DNA from: Patescibacteria group bacterium UBA1388
GTDB taxonomy: Bacteria > Patescibacteriota > Microgenomatia > UBA1400 > PJMF01
Length of the DNA: 64,000 bases
NCBI GenBank assembly: GCA_002305355.1
Contig: DBQS01000036.1
Span: 15,612-79,611 of the forward strand
Reading direction: 5' to 3'
Shown here: in pieces, positions 39,040 to 47,880 of the stretch
How positions within the stretch are numbered: position 1 is the first letter of the stretch
How the letters are laid out: each line of letters begins with the position of its first letter
Notes under the pieces: generated by a model
Databases searched by the model: none
The model's input: the letters and a program-made list of their open reading frames with translations, nothing else
Told to the model about the DNA's origin: nothing
Translations under genes and position numbers: made by a program

Positions 39040-40644
39040 TTATCCTCTGTCCAGAAATTGGGTGCGCGAAGTAGGATCAACATGGGGGATATTCGCATTC
39101 ATCCCACCCCAAAAATGGTTGAGAGTGATCAGTTTTTTGAGCCACGCGTGAGTTAATGAACGATAAGCAATGTGACCACCCGGCCTTGTGCGCAAATGAA
39201 TGAGATATTGTAGATCATCGATGGAACCATAAAAACGGTAAGTAGTAGCATGGGCATGAGGAAGTAAATACTTGGTATATTCGTCAACGAGAGGCTGATC
39301 ATCGAATTCGTGAGAAGCTTGGTACCGCCACTTTTTGAGAAGTTGATAGGTGTTTGTTAATCGTTGCTGATATGCTCGTTTAAGTGGTTTAAGTTCAGGA
39401 ATTGCCAGATAATCACATAAGAAGTAACAAGCTTGATCATCTCGATTCAACTCGGCTTCCAAATTAATTTCGTCTTGCCAAACAGGCACAAATCTCTCCA
39501 AACTTCGATGTCGATTTAAATCTTTTAAAATTCCAAAATCTGCCATCCCCTCAATCGTAATTGCTCCACTTTGAGCAGCTGGACCGATTTGGAAATGATG
39601 GTTGTGTTGGCTGAAAACTAATGCGCCGATTTTTTGCAATTGATTTCTACTGAGGATAAATTTATTTTCTCTACTTAATGGAAATTCAAGTAACTGTAGA
39701 TGACGAAGATAAGCCTGGAAAGCATTAGTGTTGTAAGCAACTCTGAGGGTTGTGTTTGGCGATCGACCGATTGTTCTGTTGGCAGATGATTTCTTGAACA
39801 AACTCCGTAATTGTTTAATGAGTGCACGATTGGTATTGATTTGTCTGGTGTTGGCCGTTGTGTGCCTGATTAAACCATCTGCTTCGGGGATGTATCCGGT
39901 TTTAGAATGTTGTTTGCCTCCCACTAGTAAGTCAAAAAGCAAATTTCCCAAGTGCTGGTCGATACCCATCGCGCTTCCTTTCAAGAGCGCAATTAATTCT
40001 GCCCAGTTACGGGCAGACATAATCATTCCGAGGCTGGTTTGTAAGCCCATGGGTAATAAATAACGAGCCGTGTCAAAAGTCCTAGCTTGCAGAGCGGCAG
40101 CTTGCCGTTTGTCGTTAGTGTCAATTTTAAAATAATCTGCGAGGGCGGTTTGGGTGAGTGGCAATAGTTCCCGATAATCTGCCATTTGTTTGAGTATTAT
40201 TTTTTCATAATTTGTTTTGGCAGCAGAATTTTTAGTTATTGGTAGCTTCACAAATTTTGGATCGGCAAAGTTTTGAAATCTGGTTGATCTTTCTTGACCA
40301 GCCACTACTGGATTGCGGTAAAACAACCTCATCGCAGTGATCATGGGAACATTTTCAATGCATACAAATACATCTGCCATATCTCCCACTGATTTGTGGC
40401 CATAATTTTGAAATATTGCTTCCAGACGACTGGCTGCGTCAGTGTCTTTCGCAAGCACTTCTTTGGCAATCTCAACCACTGAATCTGCCGATCGGCTGTA
40501 ACGCGCTCCCAAATAAGCGTTAATTGAAGGTTGTTTACGTAGGGGATCTTGGAGTAAGGTATGAACCGCTAAGTGATGCCAGCTAGTTTGACTGGATAAA
40601 CTGGCGATATGAAGTTGGGGGTAGAATTTAAATTTTTGAGACAT
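39040..40644 (-). CDS. thyX: FAD-dependent thymidylate synthase, double-length (two ThyX-like domains)
   Basis: ARYSRS, YGHKSVGD, QERSTRF, DTARYLLP, KDLNRHRS, IHLRTRPGGHIAYR. Confidence 0.87.
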   Translation of the reverse strand: MSQKFKFYPQLHIASLSSQTSWHHLAVHTLLQDPLRKQPSINAYLGARYSRSADSVVEIAKEVLAKDTDAASRLEAIFQNYGHKSVGDMADVFVCIENVPMITAMRLFYRNPVVAGQERSTRFQNFADPKFVKLPITKNSAAKTNYEKIILKQMADYRELLPLTQTALADYFKIDTNDKRQAAALQARTFDTARYLLPMGLQTSLGMIMSARNWAELIALLKGSAMGIDQHLGNLLFDLLVGGKQHSKTGYIPEADGLIRHTTANTRQINTNRALIKQLRSLFKKSSANRTIGRSPNTTLRVAYNTNAFQAYLRHLQLLEFPLSRENKFILSRNQLQKIGALVFSQHNHHFQIGPAAQSGAITIEGMADFGILKDLNRHRSLERFVPVWQDEINLEAELNRDDQACYFLCDYLAIPELKPLKRAYQQRLTNTYQLLKKWRYQASHEFDDQPLVDEYTKYLLPHAHATTYRFYGSIDDLQYLIHLRTRPGGHIAYRSLTHAWLKKLITLNHFWGGMNANIPHVDPTSRTQFLDRG

Positions 40645-40738
40645 ATGTTGATGTGATGATATTACACAAAATGGGTTTGTTAAGTTTTTTCATAATTGAA
40701 ATTGGCAAAACCACTCAAATTGAAGTGCCGGCTAGGTG

Positions 40739-41557
40739 TCATCGTTTTAGTTGACCTGATTTTGCCAAATACTTATTAAATATCTTACTGAGTTTTGGCA
40801 GGCCTTTATCATCGGTGTAATCGATTTTGCAGGCAGAAATTGAAATAAAACCCTCATTTAAAGCAACTGTGTCGGTGTTTGGCGGCAAGCCGTCGTACTT
40901 TGAATCGATATAAGAAAAATCATCATCAGTCATCACGATGTCATTTTTCCAGTAAGCTTGCTGGGCGGTTTTTACTACCCGCACTTGATTGGTTGCTTCT
41001 TCAGGAAAGTTAATGTTCCAAAAAGTGTATGGTTCAAATTGAGTACTTAACGCTTTTTTAATGATTATTTCCAGCATTTGACCAGGGTAGGCGAGGTATT
41101 TTTCATTAAAACTACCGTCATGCTCATGGAACCACCTGCCATCAGTGACGATAGAAGTAGCCAGCGCCGGGACTAAAAAACTTTGGACAGCGGTAATCAC
41201 TGCTGCCACGGTGCCTGACCGATGAATATTGGCGGTGGTGTTGCGCCCAATATTCACTCCGGAAATAACTAAATCTGGTTTTTTATTAAGTTTATTGAAC
41301 CCAAAATAAACTGCGTCTGAAGGTGTGCCATCAACCCAGTAAGCAGTAGTGCCATCCACTATCTCCGTACCCCAAACAATAGGTAGGCCAAAGGTGATTT
41401 TGCCTCCCACTGCTGATTGCTGTGACTTTGTGGCTACAACAGCATAATCCGCAAATTTTTCTACAATGCGTTTTACCAAAATCAAGCCTTCAGCGCGCAC
41501 CGAATCATCGCCAGTGAGCATAATGAATGGTTTTGATTTTTTTGTGCGACGCGCCAC
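40739..41557 (-). CDS. surE: 5'/3'-nucleotidase SurE
   Basis: LTGDDS (variant of NDDG), QSAVG, VDGTPSDAV, DLVISGVN, SGTVAA, WNINFP. Confidence 0.88.
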   Translation of the reverse strand: MARRTKKSKPFIMLTGDDSVRAEGLILVKRIVEKFADYAVVATKSQQSAVGGKITFGLPIVWGTEIVDGTTAYWVDGTPSDAVYFGFNKLNKKPDLVISGVNIGRNTTANIHRSGTVAAVITAVQSFLVPALATSIVTDGRWFHEHDGSFNEKYLAYPGQMLEIIIKKALSTQFEPYTFWNINFPEEATNQVRVVKTAQQAYWKNDIVMTDDDFSYIDSKYDGLPPNTDTVALNEGFISISACKIDYTDDKGLPKLSKIFNKYLAKSGQLKR

Positions 41558-41578
41558 AGTTTGCCTTTTTTGGTTTTT

Positions 41579-42154
41579 TTAGGATTTCTCAATAAAATTT
41601 CGCGACATTTTGCTGGCTTCCACAGTGGTATTTTTGTAGTACTTACTATTTAAATCGGCATGACCATAAGGTTTTTGAGCGGGTGTCTTGAGGCTGCAAA
41701 ATGCAATTTGTGCGATTTTCATTTTAGGATAAAGCTTAATCGGCATGCTGTTGGTATTATAAAGTTCAAGTGTGGCGTTGAGCTCGTTGCCGGGATCAAC
41801 AAAACCAGCCGTAGTATGAATGATCAATCCCAATCTTGCCAGGCTACTTTTGCCCATAATATTGCAGCAATAACTAGGGCCAACTCCGAAGTAGTCATCA
41901 GTGACTGCTAGTGCAAATTCATTGGGATGGAGAATAAAAAAATCCTTTTCAGATTTGAGATGAATTTTTGCCATATAGTCTCCGGCGGGATGCTTGGGGT
42001 CAATCACCGACATTTCATGTCTTTTAAAAACCATGAAGTCAAAACCTAGCAAGATGTCATAACTAGCAGGTTGCAACCGCCTTTCATCAAAATCCTTGAT
42101 AATGATTTCTCCCGCTTGTAAGGCTTGTTTGATATCAATGTCTGAAAGATACAT
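41579..42154 (-). CDS. dcd: dCTP deaminase
   Basis: LQPASYD, GKSSLARLGL, TAGFVDPG, TLELYN. Confidence 0.95.
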   Translation of the reverse strand: MYLSDIDIKQALQAGEIIIKDFDERRLQPASYDILLGFDFMVFKRHEMSVIDPKHPAGDYMAKIHLKSEKDFFILHPNEFALAVTDDYFGVGPSYCCNIMGKSSLARLGLIIHTTAGFVDPGNELNATLELYNTNSMPIKLYPKMKIAQIAFCSLKTPAQKPYGHADLNSKYYKNTTVEASKMSRNFIEKS

Positions 42155-42380
42155 ACTAAATCTGGTGGATGACCAATGAATTAACTACTAAATATATCCT
42201 CGGGCAGGAGAATCAATTCAGTTTAACGGATTTTAAAAAGTTTGCAATGGATGAATGTTGAAGCACACAAAACCTCAGAATGTGGGGGACCTATACAAAA
42301 GGATTCAGACACCTGAATAATATGGTAGACTGAAAGAAGAATGAATTAGAGCTGGGACGTTATTCGCAAGGAATTAGTTT

Positions 42381-42758
42381 ATGACTGCAGAACTTAGGTC
42401 AGATCAATTGACTGCCAGCACGATAGTAGTCAAAGGTACTAATCAGACATCGAATAAGCAAAAAGACACTTCAGCAGTCACCACGAAAAGAGTAGATTTT
42501 AGTGATCCAGACATTGTTGACCGGAAAACGGGTAAAACTCTTTATGAAGTAGGAGTTTGGGAAATTGTGTGGCGAAATTTTTTGGCGGGCATGAGCAGAG
42601 GGTTGGGTAACTTAATTTTGTTGATCATTTTTTCACTTGTGATTGGAAATTTATTTATGACTTATATCTGGCCGCACTTGTCTCCATTGGTCGATAATTT
42701 TTATTCGTCAAGCCAGTTATTTAATTTTGTTGAACAAAATTTTCCAACCGGTAGATAA
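42381..42758 (+). CDS. Hypothetical single-TM protein (DUF5665-like)
   Basis: WRNFLAGMSRGLG followed by a TM helix. Confidence 0.7.
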   Translation: MTAELRSDQLTASTIVVKGTNQTSNKQKDTSAVTTKRVDFSDPDIVDRKTGKTLYEVGVWEIVWRNFLAGMSRGLGNLILLIIFSLVIGNLFMTYIWPHLSPLVDNFYSSSQLFNFVEQNFPTGR

Positions 42759-42963
42759 ATTTAATTTTCCAACTTGAACGTTTAAATAGTCTTGATCGAT
42801 TGATTTAGACGTTAATATGACAGGTGATCATTATGCACAATCATAATCGGTAAGAAATGATACGGAATAATTATGTTTTAAGTTGTGATAGATTGTTGTT
42901 TGGATGATGACTAACTTTTTCAAGTAGTTTTTTGTAACTTGTTTGTAAGTAGAAAGGAAAGTA

Positions 42964-43395
42964 ATGAAGGTTCTCATTAAACGTTTTGATAAAACATTAC
43001 CGATACCGGAATATAAAACACCTGGGGCAGCTGCATTTGATTTGGCTGCGCGTCAAGATACGCAGATACCCCCAGGGGGTATAGGATACGTGCCGTTGAA
43101 CATTGCCCTGCAGCTGCCCAAAGACCACTGGGCATTGCTCGCCGCTCGGAGCAGCTTACACAAGCTAGGGTTGATGCTTGCCAACGGAATTGGGGTCGGG
43201 GATTATGACTATCGTGGAGACGGTGATGAATATTTGGCGGCGGTGTACAACTTCACTCAGCAGCCCGTTTTAGTGGAGAGGGGCGAGCGGATTGTGCAGA
43301 TGATCATTATGTCGCGCGAGGCAGTAGAGTTGATCGAAAAAGATCATTTCAATACTAAGGATCGCGGGGGTTACGGCAGCACTGGGCGGAAGTAG
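42964..43395 (+). CDS. dut: dUTP diphosphatase (trimeric)
   Basis: AAAFDL, ARSS, GVGDYDYRG, RIVQ, RGGYGSTG. Confidence 0.95.
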   Translation: MKVLIKRFDKTLPIPEYKTPGAAAFDLAARQDTQIPPGGIGYVPLNIALQLPKDHWALLAARSSLHKLGLMLANGIGVGDYDYRGDGDEYLAAVYNFTQQPVLVERGERIVQMIIMSREAVELIEKDHFNTKDRGGYGSTGRK

Positions 43396-43562
43396 AGTTT
43401 CCAACAATTGAGGAAGCAGCAAATATCTTAAGCCAATTGTTTAAAGAAGTATGAGTGCCAATCTAATAGAGTCGACAAAAGTGACTGCGAAAATAAAGAC
43501 TCATCATTGAAAAAATAAGCATTTTTGCTTGATTTATTGGGCTGGAACAAACTAGATTTAGT

Positions 43563-44294
43563 TTGTCAAGTCTTGCATTAATACCAAATATTGTGGTTGA
43601 GTGTGTAGCTGTGCCACATTTATTAGAACAAGCCAATCAGAGTGTCGTTAAGTTGAGAAAAAGTCATCGCTTATTTGAGGAAAAAGATCGGTTGTCACCA
43701 TCATTGTTGTTACCGTTGGCGGTAGAAGAATTAGATGAATTGGCTGAGGCTTACGATCAAGATGATGCTCAGGCGGCTTTAGGTGAATTGATGGATGTAA
43801 TCAATTATTGTTTATCCAATTTACAAGTTACGAATCGGCAACCAGCGTCTTTTTCTGACTTGATGCAGGGGGTTAATGGTTACGGTAAAAATTCGTGGGC
43901 AATTGAGCGCACCTGTGAAGTGATTCTTGATTCAGAAGATGATTACCGCGCGATTGCTGAGTATTTAAGACGCTTGTTTTCTATTGGTCAGTATTTGCCG
44001 ATTCCATTTGTGAGTATTAATCAATTTAATGAGATGATATTGAAAGTGGCGGCCAACAGACCGGTTCATTTTTATAGCGGACTTGATCCTTTAACTGGTC
44101 GAGCACTGTCTGGGGAAGACGCAGTCTTAGCTTTTCATCACTTTGAAAAGTGTTTCAGAGCAATTCGCGATCAGGTGCAAAGGACGCTCCAGCCGCAAGA
44201 CTGGCAACCGCACCAAAACGAGATAGCAGATTGGCGCCACTCGACAGAAAATTTGGCCAAGCTGCGACAACGGCTAAAAGTAGAGCCAGCTTGA
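43563..44294 (+). CDS. Hypothetical protein with a MazG-like (all-alpha NTP pyrophosphatase) N-terminal motif
   Basis: VEELDELAEA...GELMDV (EExxE..ExxD); lies between dut and tmk; start uncertain. Confidence 0.55.
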   Translation: MSSLALIPNIVVECVAVPHLLEQANQSVVKLRKSHRLFEEKDRLSPSLLLPLAVEELDELAEAYDQDDAQAALGELMDVINYCLSNLQVTNRQPASFSDLMQGVNGYGKNSWAIERTCEVILDSEDDYRAIAEYLRRLFSIGQYLPIPFVSINQFNEMILKVAANRPVHFYSGLDPLTGRALSGEDAVLAFHHFEKCFRAIRDQVQRTLQPQDWQPHQNEIADWRHSTENLAKLRQRLKVEPA

Positions 44295-44689
44295 TGATCA
44301 ATCAATAATTGGTGAGCGATAGCTTATCACACCTTAGCCAAATAACGCCGTTCGTGGGATCGGGGATATAAGCCAAGAAAAGCCACTACGGGATTCTACC
44401 AAAAAAAGCCAAAACCCTGATCATAAGGTTGCGGGGAAGGCTTCGTATTTGAAGCGAAAATTGACCAAGCAATTATCAGTGTTAATCAAAGTTAATGAGG
44501 CAACGTGTTATTTTTTTGCAAGAAACGACCGCTCACTCAGTTGTTTGGTTGTTCATCTATCCTGCGATCTTAATTCAGTAATGAACTACTAGCGAAAATG
44601 GTACTCCCCAGCCAAGCTGAAATGTTTTATAAAGTATTTGAAGAGGATAAAATGTTTACGATTAGTTAGTATTTAATTGGAAAGATGCT

Positions 44690-45319
44690 ATGGCTGACAA
44701 AGGATTATTGATTACATTTGAAGGCGGCGAGGGCGGTGGTAAAACCACTCAAATTGTGAGGTTGCGTGACAAACTCACCAAGGCAGGTCATGATGTAGTA
44801 GTTCTGCGTGAGCCCGGCGGAACTGTCATCAGCGAGCAAATTAGAGAAGTGGTGCTGTCTGCCAAAAATGCTGGCATCGCCTACACGACGGAAGTCTTGT
44901 TGTTTCAGGCCGCTCGCGCGCAAATTTACCGAGAAATTGTATTACCTAGTTTGAAGGCTGGCAAGATAGTCTTGATTGATCGATCACGGGATAGCTCGGT
45001 GGTGTATCAGGGTATGGTAAGAGGTTTCGGGAAAGATTTGATTGAGCAACTCAATGAAATTTCTACAAAAAATACTTACCCAGATTTAACAATACTACTT
45101 GATATATCAGTAGAAGAAGGATTACAAAGAAGGGCAGATTCCGGCACTTCAAACCGCTTGGATATGGAAGATACTGATTTTCACCAAAAAGTTCGTGATG
45201 CATACTTGCAGCTAGCCAAAGAAGATTCTGCTCATCGATGGGTAGTAATTGATGCCAACAAATCTATTGATGAAGTTGATGAAGAAATTTGGACAAAAGT
45301 TTCCGTAAAATTAAACTGA
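44690..45319 (+). CDS. tmk: Thymidylate kinase
   Basis: ITFEGGEGGGKTTQ, REPGG, LFQAARAQ, IDR..DSSVVYQG, PDLTILLD. Confidence 0.96.
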   Translation: MADKGLLITFEGGEGGGKTTQIVRLRDKLTKAGHDVVVLREPGGTVISEQIREVVLSAKNAGIAYTTEVLLFQAARAQIYREIVLPSLKAGKIVLIDRSRDSSVVYQGMVRGFGKDLIEQLNEISTKNTYPDLTILLDISVEEGLQRRADSGTSNRLDMEDTDFHQKVRDAYLQLAKEDSAHRWVVIDANKSIDEVDEEIWTKVSVKLN

Positions 45320-45353
45320 TGGAATATCTCCCAGCAGAGAAAGGAAGACACAA

Positions 45354-45659
45354 TTGCAACAAAAGGAAATACAAGTTCCCATATTAAATGGGTTTCAATC
45401 TGGCGAAGAGATAAGTAGCGAGGGTAATCGTCAACCAAAAATATCGGTGTTAGATGATAAAAACTCTCTTGTTAGTGATGAGGAAATCGAAAAAAAACTT
45501 TTTGAGATTCGGGAAAAATATGTGGGTTTTATGGATTCTGCCGCCCAATACCGAAAGTGGGCCCAAAATCACGGTAATAGCTCTAGATATGGTCGCTTTT
45601 ATCTCAATTGTGCTCGCAAACTAGAACGTGAGGCAGCAGAACTACTTTCGAAAATATGA
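45354..45659 (+). CDS. Hypothetical protein
   Basis: 101-aa ORF right after tmk; no motif. Confidence 0.5.
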   Translation: MQQKEIQVPILNGFQSGEEISSEGNRQPKISVLDDKNSLVSDEEIEKKLFEIREKYVGFMDSAAQYRKWAQNHGNSSRYGRFYLNCARKLEREAAELLSKI

Positions 45660-45683
45660 AAATAATGAGTTTTAATTGATAGT

Positions 45684-45911
45684 TTACTCTCTATATCCAC
45701 CAAATGAATGAGAACAGCCAGGTTGGTTAATACATCCTGGTGGGATGTTTTTTATAAGAGTATGAATCTCTATTAGCGTCATCAATCGTTCAAGAGGACA
45801 TTGTTCACCCACATTTGCGGCTTGATCGCCATCAAACGCAGGTGCTGTTTGAGATTCATCTTGGTAATGATGACCAGTTGGCGGGATATCACTCGACTCG
45901 ATATGATTCAT
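45684..45911 (-). CDS. Small hypothetical protein
   Basis: 75-aa ORF with ATG and upstream AAGGA. Confidence 0.4.
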   Translation of the reverse strand: MNHIESSDIPPTGHHYQDESQTAPAFDGDQAANVGEQCPLERLMTLIEIHTLIKNIPPGCINQPGCSHSFGGYRE

Positions 45912-45990
45912 AGTCTGTCCTTGCTTATTACTAAAAACTCATCAAATTATATCACCGCTCCAGAGTTTGCATCTACATAGAAGTTGCCCC

Positions 45991-46019
45991 TTGTGCATCG
46001 AAATTTGAAACTTTATACT
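45991..46019 (+). promoter_or_regulatory. Sigma70-type promoter for the argG-deaminase operon
   Basis: TTGTGC (45991)-17 nt-TATACT (46014). Confidence 0.55.
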
Positions 46020-46025
46020 GTGCTT

Positions 46026-46170
46026 CCTAGTGCTAGTACTAGGTTTTTTTTTGGCAATTTTCTGTTATTTAAAGGTTCGTCAAGAATTGACAAACCAACA
46101 GGTGTTATTCCCTTCAAAGAACAAGGAAATTTTTTTCAAAAACTTTGGGTGCAAATCCTGTCAAAATTCA
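46026..46170 (+). promoter_or_regulatory. Structured 5' leader: terminator-like hairpin plus U9, then a multi-stem domain
   Basis: CCTAGTG-CTAG-TACTAGG-T9; TTTTGGCA/TGTCAAAA; CTGTT/AACAG; GTCAA/TTGAC; GGG-TGCAAAT-CCT. Confidence 0.45.
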
Positions 46171-46257
46171 AGCGGTTAGTTGCATGAGATTAGTTAAATT
46201 TTAAATATCAATTTTATAAGGAAGTATTTAGCAGTAAACACAAAAGAAAGGAACATT

Positions 46258-47880
46258 ATGTCTAGTTATCAAAAAGTTTCAAGTTATGAGGGTAGGCAAG
46301 GTGAGGTGAAGAGAGTAGTGCTCTTATACTCTGGTGGGTTGGATACTTCGGTGATGTTGAAGTGGATCCAAGACAAATATGAGGCAGAAGTTGTTGCGCT
46401 CACGATTGATATTGGTCAGCAAGCTGACGATCTAGAAAAAATCCGCAAGAAAGCGCTTAAACTAGGAGCGATTAAAGCCATAATTGTTGACGCCAAGAAT
46501 GAGTTTGCTTATCACTACATTGCCAAAGGTATTAAGGCAAATGCGCATTATCAAGGTCGATATTACTTGAGTACGCCACTGGGTCGACCATTGCTAGCAA
46601 AATTGGCGGTTGATGCTGCTCGCGAACACGGTGCTGATACGATTGCGCACGGTTCAACTGGAAAAGGCAATGACCAAGTACGGTTGGAAGGGGCGGTTTT
46701 AACCCTCGCGCCAGAGATGAAGATCATTGCACCGGTGCGAGAGTGGAGTATGGGCAGAGACGAAGAATTGGCCTATGCTAAGAAACATAAAATTCCGGTT
46801 AAGCAAACTGTTAGCAGCCCGTATTCATACGACGATAATATGTGGGGTGTAACTGGCGAAAGTGGCGAGATTGAGAATCCAAGCATAATTCCGCCACTTG
46901 AGAAAATCTTACAGGTTTCCACTTTACCAGAAAAAGCCCCCAACAAACCACAATATGTTGAGCTCCAGTTTGTCAAAGGTTTGCCGGTGGCACTCGACGG
47001 TAAACAACTGGGGTTAGTAGACTTAATTGGTCAGCTAAATAAAATTGGAGCCAAGCATGGGGTGGGGATTGCTCATCATATCGAAGACAGGTTGGTCGGT
47101 CTTAAAGTACGGGGTTTATATGAAGCTCCCGCTGCAGAAATCATCATTAATGCCCACTTCAATTTGGAGAAGTATGTCTGCACCAGGATGGAAAATGAAT
47201 TTAAATCACTAGTAGATTCCAAGTGGGCATATCTTTGTTATGGGGCAATGTGGCATGAACCATTAATGAATGATCTAAACGCTTACATTAACAAAGTTAA
47301 CGAAAAAGTGACAGGTTCAGCAACGGTGAAGCTCTTTAAAGGTATGGCGGAAGTGGTGGCAGTAGACACCCATAACACCATTTATGATGAGAAGCTGGCG
47401 ACTTTCATGAAAGATGCGAGTTTTAATCAAAATGCTTCGCCTGGGTTTATTGAAATCTATACACTCCAGATGAGATTAGCTCAAGAAACCGATAAATTTG
47501 CATTGTTGACGATTGGGGAAGAGCACAATAAACGCAAGTTTTTACCACTCGTTGAAAGACTGAAAAAATTGGGCTTTTTCTTCTATGCCACTGAAAACAC
47601 CCATCAGTTTCTCAAGAAAAAAAAGATAGAGTCGATATTACTTCATAAAATGTATAGCGGAAAAAACCCAAATTTGGAAGATATTCTCAAGCAAAATTTG
47701 TTTGACTTAATTATTGATATTCCGTACAGCAAACAAACGGCGGGCAGTGAGAAAGATGAAGAAGTGATTCGAGAGTGGGCTATCAAAAATGATATTCCGT
47801 TGTATACCGATTTTAGGACAACTGAAAATTTAATCAAGAAATTGGAAAAAAGAATGGTCGTGCAGAAGAAAGGACGATGA
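46258..47880 (+). CDS. argG: Argininosuccinate synthase fused to a C-terminal MGS-like (CarB allosteric-type) domain
   Basis: LLYSGGLDTS, HGSTGKGNDQVR, YSYDDNMWG, IEDRLVGLKVRGLYEAP; C-terminal LGFFFYATENTHQFL...DLIIDIP...IREWAIKNDIPLYT. Confidence 0.9.
   Translation: MSSYQKVSSYEGRQGEVKRVVLLYSGGLDTSVMLKWIQDKYEAEVVALTIDIGQQADDLEKIRKKALKLGAIKAIIVDAKNEFAYHYIAKGIKANAHYQGRYYLSTPLGRPLLAKLAVDAAREHGADTIAHGSTGKGNDQVRLEGAVLTLAPEMKIIAPVREWSMGRDEELAYAKKHKIPVKQTVSSPYSYDDNMWGVTGESGEIENPSIIPPLEKILQVSTLPEKAPNKPQYVELQFVKGLPVALDGKQLGLVDLIGQLNKIGAKHGVGIAHHIEDRLVGLKVRGLYEAPAAEIIINAHFNLEKYVCTRMENEFKSLVDSKWAYLCYGAMWHEPLMNDLNAYINKVNEKVTGSATVKLFKGMAEVVAVDTHNTIYDEKLATFMKDASFNQNASPGFIEIYTLQMRLAQETDKFALLTIGEEHNKRKFLPLVERLKKLGFFFYATENTHQFLKKKKIESILLHKMYSGKNPNLEDILKQNLFDLIIDIPYSKQTAGSEKDEEVIREWAIKNDIPLYTDFRTTENLIKKLEKRMVVQKKGR

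Noticed and set aside
44295-44689. 395-bp gap before tmk, with GGGGAGTA on the minus strand (yybP-ykoY-like)
   Set aside because: Wrong orientation for tmk and no supporting helices; I found no convincing ORF or structure.
46120-46175. T-box or cobalamin riboswitch in the argG leader (GGGTGCAAATCC)
   Set aside because: Lacks the T-box GGTGGnACC and stem I motifs and the B12 box; only a T-loop-like hairpin matches.
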